A program made the position numbers and the translations under genes. Below, piece after piece: positions 28,839-41,954 of a DNA stretch of 64,000 bases (the stretch's first letter is position 1; every line of letters starts with the position of its first letter). This DNA comes from Gilvibacter sp. (GTDB taxonomy: Bacteria; Bacteroidota; Bacteroidia; Flavobacteriales; Flavobacteriaceae): contig NZ_JABSPU010000001.1 of the NCBI RefSeq assembly GCF_013214815.1, forward strand, positions 3,287-67,286, written 5' to 3'. A model generated the notes under the pieces. It saw only the letters and a program-made list of their open reading frames with translations, was not told the DNA's origin and ran no database searches.

Positions 28839-30130
28839 TGAAAGTCTATGTTAACCCTCCAAGAAACCGCTGGGCCAAGCTTTGTGAGCGACCCAGTATT
28901 GATCGCGAAAATCTAAGCAGCACCGTGGGCAGCATCATGTCCGCTGTCAAAGAAAACGGTGACGCTCAATTGTTGGCTTATGCACTTGAATTTGATAAGA
29001 CTGAACTAAACGAGGTATCGGTTACCCCATCAGAAATGGAACAACAAGCGGCAACTGTAGCCCCAGCTTTGCAAGAGGCCATTCAGCAAGCTGCAGCAAA
29101 TATTGAGAAGTTTCACAAAGCACAACGCAGCACTCCAGAAAAGATCACCACTACCCCAGGAGTTACATGTTGGAGAAAGCAACTGCCCATTCAACGGGTA
29201 GGACTTTATGTCCCTGGTGGAACCGCGCCACTTTTCTCTAGTCTACTGATGCTGGCCATTCCGGCCAAATTAGCAGGCTGTAAGACTATTGTGGTTTGCA
29301 CTCCTCCGAATCAAGAAGGTAGTATTGCCCCTGAGATTGCTTATTGCTGCCAACTATTGGGCTTAGAGCAGGTTTTTAAAGTTGGAGGTGCACAGGCTGT
29401 TGCGGCGATGACTTTTGGAACGGAGTCGATTTCCAAAGTGGATAAGATCTTTGGACCGGGCAATCAATACGTAACCCGAGCTAAAGAGATGAGTCTTAAC
29501 TATGGGTTAGCCATTGACATGCCTGCAGGACCGAGCGAAGTACTCGTAGTAGCAGATAAAAATGCCAATCCAGAATTTGTCGCTGCAGATCTACTCTCTC
29601 AAGCAGAACACGGCAGCGATAGCCAAGTTATTTTAGTAGGCGATGATCTAAAGACCATAGGCGATGTTTTAGTGATCGTCAATGAACAGGTAGAAAAACT
29701 CCCGCGAGTCGCTTTAGCCAAAGAAGCGCTAAAAAATAGCAAAGCCCTGGTTTTTGATGATTTAGACACCTGCATGGAATTCAGCAATAATTACGCTCCG
29801 GAACACCTCATTCTCGCTTTAAGAGAAGATGACCATTGGGCAGAAAAGGTCACGGTAGCCGGTTCCGTTTTTATGGGGAATTACACTCCAGAAAGCGCAG
29901 GTGATTATGCCTCCGGCACCAATCACACTTTACCGACCAACGGTTATGCCCGTCAATATAGTGGAGTTTCTTTAGACAGCTTCGTCAATAAGGTCACCTT
30001 TCAACAGATCAGTGCGCAGGGCATTCAAAAACTTGGACCAATAATTGAAACCATGGCAAAGGCAGAAGGCCTTGAAGCACACAAGAATGCAGTAACAGTA
30101 AGACTTAATGCTTTGAAGAATGGAAATTAA
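28838..30130 (+). CDS. hisD: Histidinol dehydrogenase
   Basis: YVPGGTAPLFSS, GPGNQYV, DMPAGPSE, SQAEHG, APEHL, GDYASGTNHTLPT. Confidence 0.96.
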   Translation: MKVYVNPPRNRWAKLCERPSIDRENLSSTVGSIMSAVKENGDAQLLAYALEFDKTELNEVSVTPSEMEQQAATVAPALQEAIQQAAANIEKFHKAQRSTPEKITTTPGVTCWRKQLPIQRVGLYVPGGTAPLFSSLLMLAIPAKLAGCKTIVVCTPPNQEGSIAPEIAYCCQLLGLEQVFKVGGAQAVAAMTFGTESISKVDKIFGPGNQYVTRAKEMSLNYGLAIDMPAGPSEVLVVADKNANPEFVAADLLSQAEHGSDSQVILVGDDLKTIGDVLVIVNEQVEKLPRVALAKEALKNSKALVFDDLDTCMEFSNNYAPEHLILALREDDHWAEKVTVAGSVFMGNYTPESAGDYASGTNHTLPTNGYARQYSGVSLDSFVNKVTFQQISAQGIQKLGPIIETMAKAEGLEAHKNAVTVRLNALKNGN

Positions 30131-31142
30131 AGAGGTAATTAGACCTGATCTTTTAGCGTTGAAGCCCTACTCCAGCGCTCGTGATGAATACACGGGAAAA
30201 GCTGGGGTTTTTCTAGACGCCAATGAGAATCCTTACGGAACGTTAAATAGATATCCCGATCCTTATCAACGCGCTCTCAAAGCTGAACTTGCAGAACTTC
30301 GAAATGTTGACTCAAACCAGATCTTTGTGGGTAATGGTAGCGACGAGGTAATCGATCTGTGCTTTAGACTATTTTGCAGGCCCGGAATTGACAAAGCACT
30401 GCAATTCAGCCCAACTTATGGCATGTACAAAGTATCTGCAGCTATCAACAATATTGAATTATTGGATTGCCCATTGACTGCCGATTTTCAGATCGATCTA
30501 GAGTCGGCTCTAAAAACGATTGATAGCGAACAACCCAAATTGATCTTTATCTGTTCGCCAAACAACCCAACGGGTAACCTGATTGATAAAGCGATCATTA
30601 AAAGCATCGCTCGAGCTACTAAGGGCTTGGTTATCGTAGATGAAGCCTATATTGACTTTGCAGATTCAGAGAGTTGTATCAGTTTGCTCGAGGAATTAGA
30701 CAATCTGATCGTCTCGCAGACTTTTAGTAAAGCATGGGGCTTAGCAGCGGCACGAGTTGGAGTCGCTTATAGCTCTGAAGCTTTGATCGGATGGCTGAAT
30801 AATATCAAACCGCCCTACAACGTGAGCGGACTCAATCAAGCTGCTGCTCTGGAGGCTTTAACAGATCGTGAAGGTTTTGCCCAACGCAAAGCGGCTATCC
30901 TGAAAGAAAAAGAACGCTTGATCATTTACTTTGGACAATTGGATTGGGTGCAAAAGGTGTATCCTACACAGGCGAACTTTGTTCTAATCAAGGTGCCGCA
31001 GGCTACAGCCCTATACGAGCAACTTATTGAGCAACAAATTATAACCAGAAACAGAAGTTCGGTGATCGCAGATTCATTGCGCATCACAGTAGGAACTCCA
31101 AAAGAAAACGACATACTCATCAACGCATTGAACAACTTATGA
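30120..31142 (+). CDS. hisC: Histidinol-phosphate aminotransferase
   Basis: [33 protein letters not shown]. Confidence 0.95.
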   Translation: MEIKEVIRPDLLALKPYSSARDEYTGKAGVFLDANENPYGTLNRYPDPYQRALKAELAELRNVDSNQIFVGNGSDEVIDLCFRLFCRPGIDKALQFSPTYGMYKVSAAINNIELLDCPLTADFQIDLESALKTIDSEQPKLIFICSPNNPTGNLIDKAIIKSIARATKGLVIVDEAYIDFADSESCISLLEELDNLIVSQTFSKAWGLAAARVGVAYSSEALIGWLNNIKPPYNVSGLNQAAALEALTDREGFAQRKAAILKEKERLIIYFGQLDWVQKVYPTQANFVLIKVPQATALYEQLIEQQIITRNRSSVIADSLRITVGTPKENDILINALNNL

Positions 31143-32233
31143 GCAAAAAAGTATTATTTATTGACCGAGACGGAACACTCGTCATTGAACCGCCTGTAGA
31201 TTATCAATTGGACAGCTTGGAAAAACTGGAATTCTACCCAGGAGTTTTTCAGTGGCTCGCCAAGATCAATCAAGAATTAGACTACACCTTAGTCATGGTA
31301 ACCAATCAAGACGGATTGGGAACAGATTCTTTCCCAGAAGACACCTTTTGGCCTGCACACAAAAAGGTGATGCAAGCCTTCTCTAATGAAGGAATTGAGT
31401 TTTACGGTGTGCATATTGACCCTACGCTGCCGGAAGACAAGGCTCCAACCCGCAAGCCAGGCACTGGAATGCTTATGGAATACATTCACGGAGACTTTGA
31501 TCTGGAAAAGTCCTTTGTAATTGGCGACAGAACTTCTGATGTGGTGTTGGCTCAAAACTTAGGGAGTCAAGGGATTCTCATTGCGGACGAGCCTTTTGAA
31601 GACGCAGCACTCACTACCAAAAGCTGGGAAGATATTTATCGCTTTTTAAAAGGACAAGACCGCAAATCTGTGGTAAACCGAAACACCTCAGAAACACAAA
31701 TCAGTATTGCCTTAAACCTAGACGGAAAAGGTAAAGGTGTGATCCAAACAGGCCTAGGATTCTACGATCACATGCTAGAACAAATTGCCAAGCACGGTGG
31801 GTTTGACCTGGACATTCGCGTGCAGGGTGATCTGCATATTGATGAACACCACACCATAGAAGACACAGCGCTTGCCTTAGGTTCTGCTTTTAAAGAAGCC
31901 TTAGGAAGTAAGAAGGGCGTTATGCGTTATGGTTTTCTTTTACCCATGGATGACGCCTTGACTCAAGTTGCCATTGATTTTGGAGGCCGACCTTGGCTGG
32001 AATGGGATGCTGAATTTAAGCGCGAAAAAGTTGGCGATCTGCCGACGGAAATGTTCTTCCACTTTTTCAAATCCTTTAGCGATACAGCACAATGCAACCT
32101 GAATATCAAAGCAGAAGGTGACAACGAGCACCACAAGATTGAAGCGATCTTTAAAGGATTTGCCAGAGCCTTGCGCATGGCGGTTTCCAAAAGTGGGTCT
32201 AATGATATTCCAAGCACTAAAGGAAGTTTATGA
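31139..32233 (+). CDS. hisB: Bifunctional histidinol-phosphatase / imidazoleglycerol-phosphate dehydratase
   Basis: DRDGT HAD motif, TNQDG, RKP; IGPD motifs DEHHTIED and NEHHKIE. Confidence 0.95.
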   Translation: MSKKVLFIDRDGTLVIEPPVDYQLDSLEKLEFYPGVFQWLAKINQELDYTLVMVTNQDGLGTDSFPEDTFWPAHKKVMQAFSNEGIEFYGVHIDPTLPEDKAPTRKPGTGMLMEYIHGDFDLEKSFVIGDRTSDVVLAQNLGSQGILIADEPFEDAALTTKSWEDIYRFLKGQDRKSVVNRNTSETQISIALNLDGKGKGVIQTGLGFYDHMLEQIAKHGGFDLDIRVQGDLHIDEHHTIEDTALALGSAFKEALGSKKGVMRYGFLLPMDDALTQVAIDFGGRPWLEWDAEFKREKVGDLPTEMFFHFFKSFSDTAQCNLNIKAEGDNEHHKIEAIFKGFARALRMAVSKSGSNDIPSTKGSL

Positions 32234-32817
32234 TCGCAATAGTAAAATACAATGCGGGCAATATTCGTTCCGTAGAAAACGCCTTAAAACGCTTGGGAGT
32301 GGACTGTGTGATCAGTGATGATCCTGAAGTCTTGAGCAAGGCCGAGAAGTTGATCCTTCCCGGAGTTGGTGAAGCATCTTCTGCCATGGCTTATTTGCGG
32401 GAACGCGGTTTGGATCAAGTGATCAAAGAGCGCATTAAACCTACCCTTGGCATCTGTTTAGGGCTTCAGCTCTTTTGCGCCCGATCTGAAGAGGGAAATA
32501 CCGAATGCCTCGGGATATTCCCAGAGGCTGTAAAACGCTTCCCTCCAAAAGAAAAGGTGCCGCATATGGGCTGGAACGAGCTCACAGCATTGAAAGGCCC
32601 GTTGTTTGAAGGAGTGCAAGCCAATAGTGATGTATATTTTGTTCACAGCTTTTATGCCGAAAGTGGCCCGGATACTGTCGCGGCCTGTGACTATATCTTG
32701 CCCTTCTCCGCAGCATTATCTAAAGGAAATTTTTACGCCACACAGTTTCACCCCGAAAAATCAGCAGATGTGGGAGAACAAATCTTGGCCAACTTTTTAA
32801 AATTACCCGCCGTATGA
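32230..32817 (+). CDS. hisH: Imidazole glycerol phosphate synthase, glutaminase subunit
   Basis: LPGVG, GICLGLQ, PHMGWN, QFHPEKS. Confidence 0.95.
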   Translation: MIAIVKYNAGNIRSVENALKRLGVDCVISDDPEVLSKAEKLILPGVGEASSAMAYLRERGLDQVIKERIKPTLGICLGLQLFCARSEEGNTECLGIFPEAVKRFPPKEKVPHMGWNELTALKGPLFEGVQANSDVYFVHSFYAESGPDTVAACDYILPFSAALSKGNFYATQFHPEKSADVGEQILANFLKLPAV

Positions 32818-33527
32818 GAATCATACCAGCCATAGACCTCATTGAAGGTAAATGCGTACGCTTGACTCAAGGAGATTACAACCAAAAGACCATCTACAAT
32901 GAAGATCCTTTGGAGGTCGCCAAGGAGTTTGAGGCACACGGTATTCAATATTTGCATTTGGTAGACCTAGACGGCGCTAAGAGCAAACAAATAGTAAACC
33001 ACAAGGTTTTGGAGCGTATCGCCACAAAAACATCCTTAAAAATTGATTTTGGAGGAGGCGTTAAATCCGACGAAGACATTCGTATTGCCTTTGAAAGCGG
33101 AGCCCAACAAGTCACTGGTGGCAGTATTGCGGTTAGCGCTCCGGAACTCTTATCCAGTTGGTTAAAGCGTTACGGCAGTGAGCGTCTCATTCTTGGAGCG
33201 GATTGCAAAGACCGCATGATCGCTACTCACGGCTGGCAGCAGGCTTCTAGTTTAGAGGTCACGGAGTTTATCAGTCAATACTTAAAACAAGGCGCGCAAT
33301 ATGTGATCTGTACAGATATTGCCAAAGACGGCATGTTACAAGGGCCAAGCTTTGAATTGTACCGCGAACTTTTAGAATTAGAAGATATCAAGTTAATTGC
33401 CAGCGGAGGGGTTACTACCCTATCAGAATTAGAGCAACTCCAAGCTATGGGTTGTGAAGGTGCCATTGTTGGCAAGGCCATTTATGAAGGTACCATCGCA
33501 TTAAAAGACTTAGAGAAACTATGTTAA
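32814..33527 (+). CDS. hisA: ProFAR isomerase
   Basis: [34 protein letters not shown]. Confidence 0.95.
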   Translation: MRIIPAIDLIEGKCVRLTQGDYNQKTIYNEDPLEVAKEFEAHGIQYLHLVDLDGAKSKQIVNHKVLERIATKTSLKIDFGGGVKSDEDIRIAFESGAQQVTGGSIAVSAPELLSSWLKRYGSERLILGADCKDRMIATHGWQQASSLEVTEFISQYLKQGAQYVICTDIAKDGMLQGPSFELYRELLELEDIKLIASGGVTTLSELEQLQAMGCEGAIVGKAIYEGTIALKDLEKLC

Positions 33528-34273
33528 AGAAACGCATCATACCCTGCTTGGATATTAAGAACGGACGTACCGTTAAAGGAGTCAATTTTGTTGATATTCA
33601 AGATGCTGGTGATCCTGTTGCGCTTGCCAGACAGTACGCGCTTCAAGGGGCTGATGAACTGGTATTCTTGGACATTACCGCGACTATTGAAGCTCGTGAC
33701 ACGCTGATCCAATTGGTAGAAGAGATCGCAGCGAACATCAACATTCCATTTACTGTGGGCGGAGGGATCACCTCTGTTGCTCAGGCCAAAGCGCTCATTA
33801 GAGCTGGGGCCGATAAGGTCAGTGTGAATTCGGCGGCAGTAAAACGCCCGGAATTGGTTCAGGAATTAGCAGCAGAATTTGGTTCTCAATGTGTAGTTGT
33901 TGCTGTGGACACCAAGTTTGAAGATCCGGACTGGACCGTATTTGTAAGCGGAGGAAGAACGCCGACAGGAATAAAGACTTTAGACTGGGTAAAACAAATG
34001 GAAGCTCTAGGAGCCGGAGAAATCCTATTGACTTCTATGAACAACGACGGAACCAAAGCAGGCTTTGCTTTAGACATTACCGAGGCCGTAGCAAGCAGTG
34101 TTCAAATCCCAGTGATCGCCTCTGGGGGAGCTGGAACCGTAGAACACTTTGCAACGCTCTTTGGGCAGACTACGGCGAGTGCGGGGCTAGCCGCCAGTAT
34201 CTTTCACTACGGAGAGATCCCAGTACCCGAATTAAAATCAGCTTTAAAAACAAAAAACATCGCCATAAGATGA
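33521..34273 (+). CDS. hisF: Imidazole glycerol phosphate synthase, cyclase subunit
   Basis: [38 protein letters not shown]. Confidence 0.96.
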   Translation: MLKKRIIPCLDIKNGRTVKGVNFVDIQDAGDPVALARQYALQGADELVFLDITATIEARDTLIQLVEEIAANINIPFTVGGGITSVAQAKALIRAGADKVSVNSAAVKRPELVQELAAEFGSQCVVVAVDTKFEDPDWTVFVSGGRTPTGIKTLDWVKQMEALGAGEILLTSMNNDGTKAGFALDITEAVASSVQIPVIASGGAGTVEHFATLFGQTTASAGLAASIFHYGEIPVPELKSALKTKNIAIR

Positions 34274-34863
34274 CACCTAATTTCAACAAATCTGCAGATG
34301 GGCTATTGCCTGCAGTAATACAAGATTACAACACACGCCAAGTACTTATGGTAGGCTATATGAACGCAGAAGCCTTTGAAAAAACACTGGCTGAAAAGCG
34401 CATCACCTTTTACAGCCGTTCCAAAGAACGCTTGTGGACTAAAGGCGAAAGCTCTCAAAATTATCTAGAACTCAAAGAACATTTCATCGATTGTGATCAA
34501 GATGCTTTGCTATTCCTTTGCGAACCAGCTGGACCAACTTGTCACACCGGAACTCAAAGTTGTTTTGCAAACGATAGCGCTTTGGGCTTTTTGCGTCAGT
34601 TAGAAGCTACCATTGACAAAAAGATCGCAAGCGATGAAGCGGAATCCTATACTCGAGCTTTGGTCCAGCGCGGAATCAACAAGGTAGCTCAAAAAGTAGG
34701 TGAAGAAGCCGTGGAGTTGGTCATTGAGGCCAAAGACAATAATGACGATTTATTTAAAAATGAAGCAGCAGATTTGCTCTATCACCTGCTTATTTTGTTG
34801 AACGTTAAAGGGCATTCTTTGGCAGATATAGAGGATATCCTTAAACAACGTTCTAAAAAATAA
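34270..34863 (+). CDS. hisIE: Bifunctional PR-AMP cyclohydrolase / PR-ATP pyrophosphatase
   Basis: WTKGESS, DCDQD, CHTGTQSCF, KVGEEAVE, ADLLYH. Confidence 0.95.
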   Translation: MTPNFNKSADGLLPAVIQDYNTRQVLMVGYMNAEAFEKTLAEKRITFYSRSKERLWTKGESSQNYLELKEHFIDCDQDALLFLCEPAGPTCHTGTQSCFANDSALGFLRQLEATIDKKIASDEAESYTRALVQRGINKVAQKVGEEAVELVIEAKDNNDDLFKNEAADLLYHLLILLNVKGHSLADIEDILKQRSKK

Positions 34864-34881
34864 AATTTAACAATACAGCCA

Positions 34882-34913
34882 TTTGGAATGTAGCCATTTA
34901 GCGTGTAACTTTG
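34882..34913 (+). promoter_or_regulatory. Consensus -33/-7 promoter
   Basis: TTTG (34882-34885) N20 TAACTTTG (34906-34913). Confidence 0.65.
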
Positions 34914-35049
34914 AGTAAAAATTGGGTATGAGCTAAGCTAAAAAGGATTTACCACCTTACCCACCTAATTCAAAAATCCTTTAGCGAACTCTAGAAAGTG
35001 CAGCACAATTTTGATTGATTCGTTGTAAGAATTATAAAAATTTGATCGG

Positions 35050-37466
<2,417 letters not shown>

Positions 37467-37518
37467 TTATTTTAACGAGCGCTTAACACTGTTCTCTGCA
37501 GCAGGAGCTTATTTTTGT

Positions 37519-38961
37519 ATGGATTTGTATATGGAGCATATTCTTACAAAATACTTGTATCCCCTAGGCCTGTTACTCCCCTTACTTTTAACCGGCTGTA
37601 AAACGGACAAACAAGAGCAAACAGCGACTTGGTTTGGTGGCGAGATCATCAACCCCAAGGACGACTATGTCTTGTTGACCAAGAACTCTCGTTTGGTAGA
37701 TACCATCTACCTGGATAAGAATAATTTCTTTAAGTACCGTTTTGACAGTCTTGTACCTGGCCTTTACAGTTTTATCCACAAGGAATATCAACTGGTTTAT
37801 ATTGAACCGGGAGACAGTATCATGCTTCGAGTAAACACTTTGGACTTTGACGAGTCCTTGGCGTATTCCGGGACTGGGGCGGCAAAGAACAACTATTTGA
37901 TCGATATGTTCTTGCACAACGAAAAGGAGCAAAAACTCATGCCGAGTTTCTATCAAAAGTCTCCTGAGGAATTTAGCGCATCTTTAGATAGTATGCGTAC
38001 CATCCGTTTAGAGGTTTTGAATCGTTTCAAAGAAAAATACGAGACCTCATCAGGTTTCAATACTGTAGCGCAAGCCAGCATCGACTTTGACTACTATTCC
38101 AAAAAAGAATTGTATCCGTTTGCGCATTATGGCAGCAACCACTTGGAAAATATAAATTCATTGCCTGCAGACTTTTATGCGTTCCGCAATCAGGTAAACT
38201 ATGGAGATGCGCATTTGTACACGTATTATCCATATTACCGCTACATCACATCTTATTTAGATAATGTGAGCTACACGACCTATATGAACGCCGCTCGTTT
38301 TGACCGTACCTCTCCGGAGCACACCAAAGCAAAGCTGCAACTCATTGACAGTGTGATCACGCACGACTCTTTAAAGAACAATCTGCTCTATGCAACTACG
38401 CGTCGCTATTTGATAAACTCTAAGGATCAGGAAAGCAGCAGAGAGATCTATAAATTGTTCTTGGACAAGAATAGCAGCGGCAAACAACAAAAAGAGATGA
38501 AAATGTTGCAGTCTGCCTGCGACAAGATGATCCCTGGAAATCCATTGCCTAACCAAATGGTGGTCACTACAGACAACACCATTAAGGATTTGCACAGCCT
38601 GATAAACAGACCTACTGTTTTGTTCTTCTGGTCTGCTGGTTCATCCTCTCACAACAAACGCATCCACAAGAAGGCTGCAGAAATGCGTGCCAAATATCCG
38701 GAGTTTGACTTTATTGGTATCAGCGTAGATCAAAACCACGAAAAGTGGTTAAAGACCATGGCACTGCGTACGTTCAATGAAAAGACGGAGTACCGCTTCA
38801 ATGACGCGTCCACCGCAGAACGCGCACTTGTACTCAACTCACCTAATAAGGCAATTATAATCGATGCTCGTGGTGTGATCATAGAAAACAACACGAACAT
38901 CTTTGGTTCTAACTTTGAGGTTCAGCTTTTAGGCTATCTCAATAGAACACCTTTCCAATAA
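37519..38961 (+). CDS. Lipoprotein with C-terminal thioredoxin-like fold lacking CXXC
   Basis: Lipobox TGC; NRPTVLFFWS...FIGISVD...AIIIDARG pattern; true start may be 37531. Confidence 0.6.
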   Translation: MDLYMEHILTKYLYPLGLLLPLLLTGCKTDKQEQTATWFGGEIINPKDDYVLLTKNSRLVDTIYLDKNNFFKYRFDSLVPGLYSFIHKEYQLVYIEPGDSIMLRVNTLDFDESLAYSGTGAAKNNYLIDMFLHNEKEQKLMPSFYQKSPEEFSASLDSMRTIRLEVLNRFKEKYETSSGFNTVAQASIDFDYYSKKELYPFAHYGSNHLENINSLPADFYAFRNQVNYGDAHLYTYYPYYRYITSYLDNVSYTTYMNAARFDRTSPEHTKAKLQLIDSVITHDSLKNNLLYATTRRYLINSKDQESSREIYKLFLDKNSSGKQQKEMKMLQSACDKMIPGNPLPNQMVVTTDNTIKDLHSLINRPTVLFFWSAGSSSHNKRIHKKAAEMRAKYPEFDFIGISVDQNHEKWLKTMALRTFNEKTEYRFNDASTAERALVLNSPNKAIIIDARGVIIENNTNIFGSNFEVQLLGYLNRTPFQ

Positions 38962-38973
38962 GATTTTAAACTG

Positions 38974-39627
38974 TTAGTTACCCTTGCGGTAATCTGCGAG
39001 GAACTTCTCCAAACCTATGTCAGTCAAAGGATGCTTGAGCAATCCTTCAATGGACTTCAACGGTCCGGTCATTACATCAGCACCAATCTTAGCGCAATCA
39101 ATAACGTGCATGGTGTGACGTACAGAAGCTGCAAGGATTTGCGTTTCAAAAGCGTAGTTGTCATAGATCAAACGGATCTCGTTGATCAAATTAAGACCGT
39201 CCGTAGAGATATCGTCCAAACGTCCGATAAACGGAGAAACATAAGTAGCTCCAGCCTTAGCTGCCAAAAGTGCTTGTCCAGCAGAGAATACTAATGTACA
39301 GTTGGTACGGATCCCGTTATCACTGAAGTATTTGATGGCTTTTACGCCGTCTTTGATCATCGGAACTTTAACTACGATCTGCTCGTGCAAGGCCGCAAGC
39401 GCTTTCCCCTCTTCTATCATATCTTGATAGTTGGTAGAAATAACTTCTGCGGATACATCTCCGTCTACGATATTACAAATATCTACATAGTGTTGACGAA
39501 TGTTCGCCTCCCCGGTAATGCCTTCTTTGGCCATTAGTGAGGGGTTGGTAGTAACACCGTCAAGGATTCCCAATTCTTGGGCTTCACGGATCTGATCAAG
39601 GTTGGCAGTATCGATAAAAAATTTCAT
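38974..39627 (-). CDS. fsa: Transaldolase / fructose-6-phosphate aldolase (Fsa/TalC type)
   Basis: [44 protein letters not shown]. Confidence 0.93.
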   Translation of the reverse strand: MKFFIDTANLDQIREAQELGILDGVTTNPSLMAKEGITGEANIRQHYVDICNIVDGDVSAEVISTNYQDMIEEGKALAALHEQIVVKVPMIKDGVKAIKYFSDNGIRTNCTLVFSAGQALLAAKAGATYVSPFIGRLDDISTDGLNLINEIRLIYDNYAFETQILAASVRHTMHVIDCAKIGADVMTGPLKSIEGLLKHPLTDIGLEKFLADYRKGN

Positions 39628-39728
39628 AAAATTCCTGATGAAGTGATTATAGTTACAAAAATAAGCAACCTCTACCCGCTGCAAAGGGATAGTGGGAAGA
39701 AATTATTGACCAAAACTGTTAATAACTG

Positions 39729-40532
39729 CTAGAGCTTGTAGTGCTTTCTAAGCATGGACTCGTACCAAGTGTCAGGCAGTAGTCGTTTAAGCACTATGGA
39801 AAGGCGTTGTAGCGGTGCGCCAACACGGTAATGCACCTTTACCTTCTTTTTGTTGATGAGCTTATGGACGAAGCTTGCCATAGCTACAGGATCCTCTCCG
39901 GCATCAACGTGTTCATTCATCAGATCCAGAGACACCTTATAGTTCTTGTAATAGGGAGAATCATCTTTCAAAGGAGCGTGATAGCGGCCAGCTGCAATAT
40001 TGGTAGCAAAATCACCCGGAGCAACCGTAGTGAAAGAAATACCGAATTCGCGAGCCTCCATACGCAGCGTCTCCGTTACGACTCCCAAAGCAGCCTTACT
40101 AGCAGAATAAATTCCGCGGTAAGGTAAGCCCATATAACCCGCAATAGAGGTAATATTGATGACGCGCCCCTGCCCTGCTTCTCGCATGGCGGGTAACACG
40201 GCTTTAATGACACGAATAGGTCCGTAGAAGTTGGTGTCAAAGTTTTGGTGGATCTGATCGTCTGGGGTTTCTTCTAGCGGGCCGGTGATCCCAACGCCCG
40301 CGTTATTGACCAAAACGTCAATACGACCTTTTTCTGCAAGGATCCAGTTGACAGCCTGCTCAATGGTCTCGGGTTTGTTTACATCTAAAGGGATTAAAGG
40401 AAATGGAGAGTCTTTTACTTTGGACGGGGTTCTGCTGGTTCCGTAAACCACCATGCCTTTGCTGTGCAATAGTTCACCAATGGCTCTACCAATACCCGAC
40501 GACGCTCCTGTTATAAAAACTACCTTACTCAT
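39729..40532 (-). CDS. SDR family oxidoreductase
   Basis: TGASSGIG, VNNAG, YSASK; ATG 40532 preferred. Confidence 0.9.
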   Translation of the reverse strand: MSKVVFITGASSGIGRAIGELLHSKGMVVYGTSRTPSKVKDSPFPLIPLDVNKPETIEQAVNWILAEKGRIDVLVNNAGVGITGPLEETPDDQIHQNFDTNFYGPIRVIKAVLPAMREAGQGRVINITSIAGYMGLPYRGIYSASKAALGVVTETLRMEAREFGISFTTVAPGDFATNIAAGRYHAPLKDDSPYYKNYKVSLDLMNEHVDAGEDPVAMASFVHKLINKKKVKVHYRVGAPLQRLSIVLKRLLPDTWYESMLRKHYKL

Positions 40533-40589
40533 AGATGTTGCGGTCAAAAATAGCAAATGAAAAATCCTTGACCAAAGGGCAAAAAAAAA

Positions 40590-40686
40590 TGGCAAGCTAC
40601 CTACATCACACCGCTACGACCGTCTACCCTTGCTGTGTTCCCACCCTGGGGGATTCAACAGGAGCTGGTTGTGTAGGACTTGCCGC
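40590..40686 (-). ncRNA. ffs: Signal recognition particle RNA (4.5S type)
   Basis: Minus strand GGCAAGTCCTACAC...CCCCAGGGTGGGAACACAGCAAGGG...GTGATGTAGGTAGCTTGCC: terminal pairing, domain IV AGG/GGAA loop/AGCA; TATCTTTG promoter at 40696-40689; U-run downstream. Confidence 0.88.
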
Positions 40687-40793
40687 TGCAAAGATACGCT
40701 CATTCTTAATATTTGCAACGAATTTTAAGTTGAATTTAAAATCTGTTTCTGTTGATTTTGACCTAAATTAAATAACTTGCCAAAAAATTTGGA

Positions 40794-41861
40794 ATGAACT
40801 TTTTCAAGACGCTCTTTCTGCCAATTTCAACCGCCTTATTGTTAGGGGCTTGCGCAGAACCTACTATAAAAGAAGCCCACGGTTTCAATTTGAACTTCTC
40901 AGACGCTAAAGCCACCATGAAAGCAGACGGCAGCATGGATGTAAGCCTGTACAACGCCGATCAAAAGCAGGTTGACTCCGTAGCCTACTTTATAGACGAT
41001 GTACGTTTTGCTGCTTCTACAGACGGCAATGCTTCCATTACTATTGCGGATGGAAAGGTTGGCACGCGCAAGATTTTGGCCCGAGTTTACAGTGGTGAAG
41101 ATCGTTTTGTGACCCAAAAATCCATTACTGTTTTAGCTGCGAATCCGCCCAAAGGCTATTCGTATGAAATCCTGGAGACCTATCCACACGATATAAAAGC
41201 CTTTACGCAAGGGATCGAATTTGTTGGAGACACCCTATATGAAAGCACCGGGCAATACGGCCAGAGTACTTTGCGCAAGGTGAATTACCAAACGGGAGAG
41301 GTCCTGAACTCGGTAGCCCTACCAGGAAATCAGTTTGGAGAAGGCCTTACTGTAAAAGACAACAAGATCTACCAACTTACCTGGCAACGCGGTATTGGTT
41401 TGATCTATGATCAAAACAGCATGAAAAAGCAAGGATTTTTCAATTACGGAAATAGCCTGCAAGGCTGGGGTCTTTGCAATGATGGCGAGAAGATCTACAA
41501 AAGCGACGGAAGTTCTCGTATCTGGATTCTCAATCCGGAGACGCTTATGGAAGAAGACTATATTGAGGTGTATACCCACAGCGCCAAGATTGACAACATC
41601 AACGAGCTCGAGTTTATCAACGGAAAGATCTACGCCAATGTATGGCAGCGGGACGCCATTGCCATCATCAACCCAGAAACTGGAGTGGTTGAAGGGGTAA
41701 TCAATACCAGTTCCCTAAAAGAACAAGTAACCCAATATGCTCAAGCTGAAGATGAGAATGTACTCAACGGAATCGCTTATAAAGGGGAAGAGAACATCCT
41801 TTATTTGACTGGGAAACGTTGGGAAAAACTCTTTAAAGTCGCTATCGCGGAAGTACAATAG
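40794..41861 (+). CDS. Glutaminyl-peptide cyclotransferase (beta-propeller type) lipoprotein
   Basis: Lipobox GAC; YPHD..AFTQG, YESTGQYG, FGEGLT, QLTWQ, GWGL, NELE, YANVW, VLNGIA. Confidence 0.9.
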   Translation: MNFFKTLFLPISTALLLGACAEPTIKEAHGFNLNFSDAKATMKADGSMDVSLYNADQKQVDSVAYFIDDVRFAASTDGNASITIADGKVGTRKILARVYSGEDRFVTQKSITVLAANPPKGYSYEILETYPHDIKAFTQGIEFVGDTLYESTGQYGQSTLRKVNYQTGEVLNSVALPGNQFGEGLTVKDNKIYQLTWQRGIGLIYDQNSMKKQGFFNYGNSLQGWGLCNDGEKIYKSDGSSRIWILNPETLMEEDYIEVYTHSAKIDNINELEFINGKIYANVWQRDAIAIINPETGVVEGVINTSSLKEQVTQYAQAEDENVLNGIAYKGEENILYLTGKRWEKLFKVAIAEVQ

Positions 41862-41865
41862 TCCT

Positions 41866-41906
41866 GTTCCCTCATTCAGGAGGGTCGTTCCCTCGTTCTA
41901 TCTTTT
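41866..41906 (+). repeat. 12-bp direct repeat with 21-bp period abutting a -7-like element
   Basis: GTTCCCTCATTC (41866-41877), GTTCCCTCGTTC (41887-41898), TATCTTTT (41899-41906). Confidence 0.5.
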
Positions 41907-41954
41907 AAATCTCTTGGAAAAGCAGGTGATTTGAGTTACACTTAAATCAACCTT

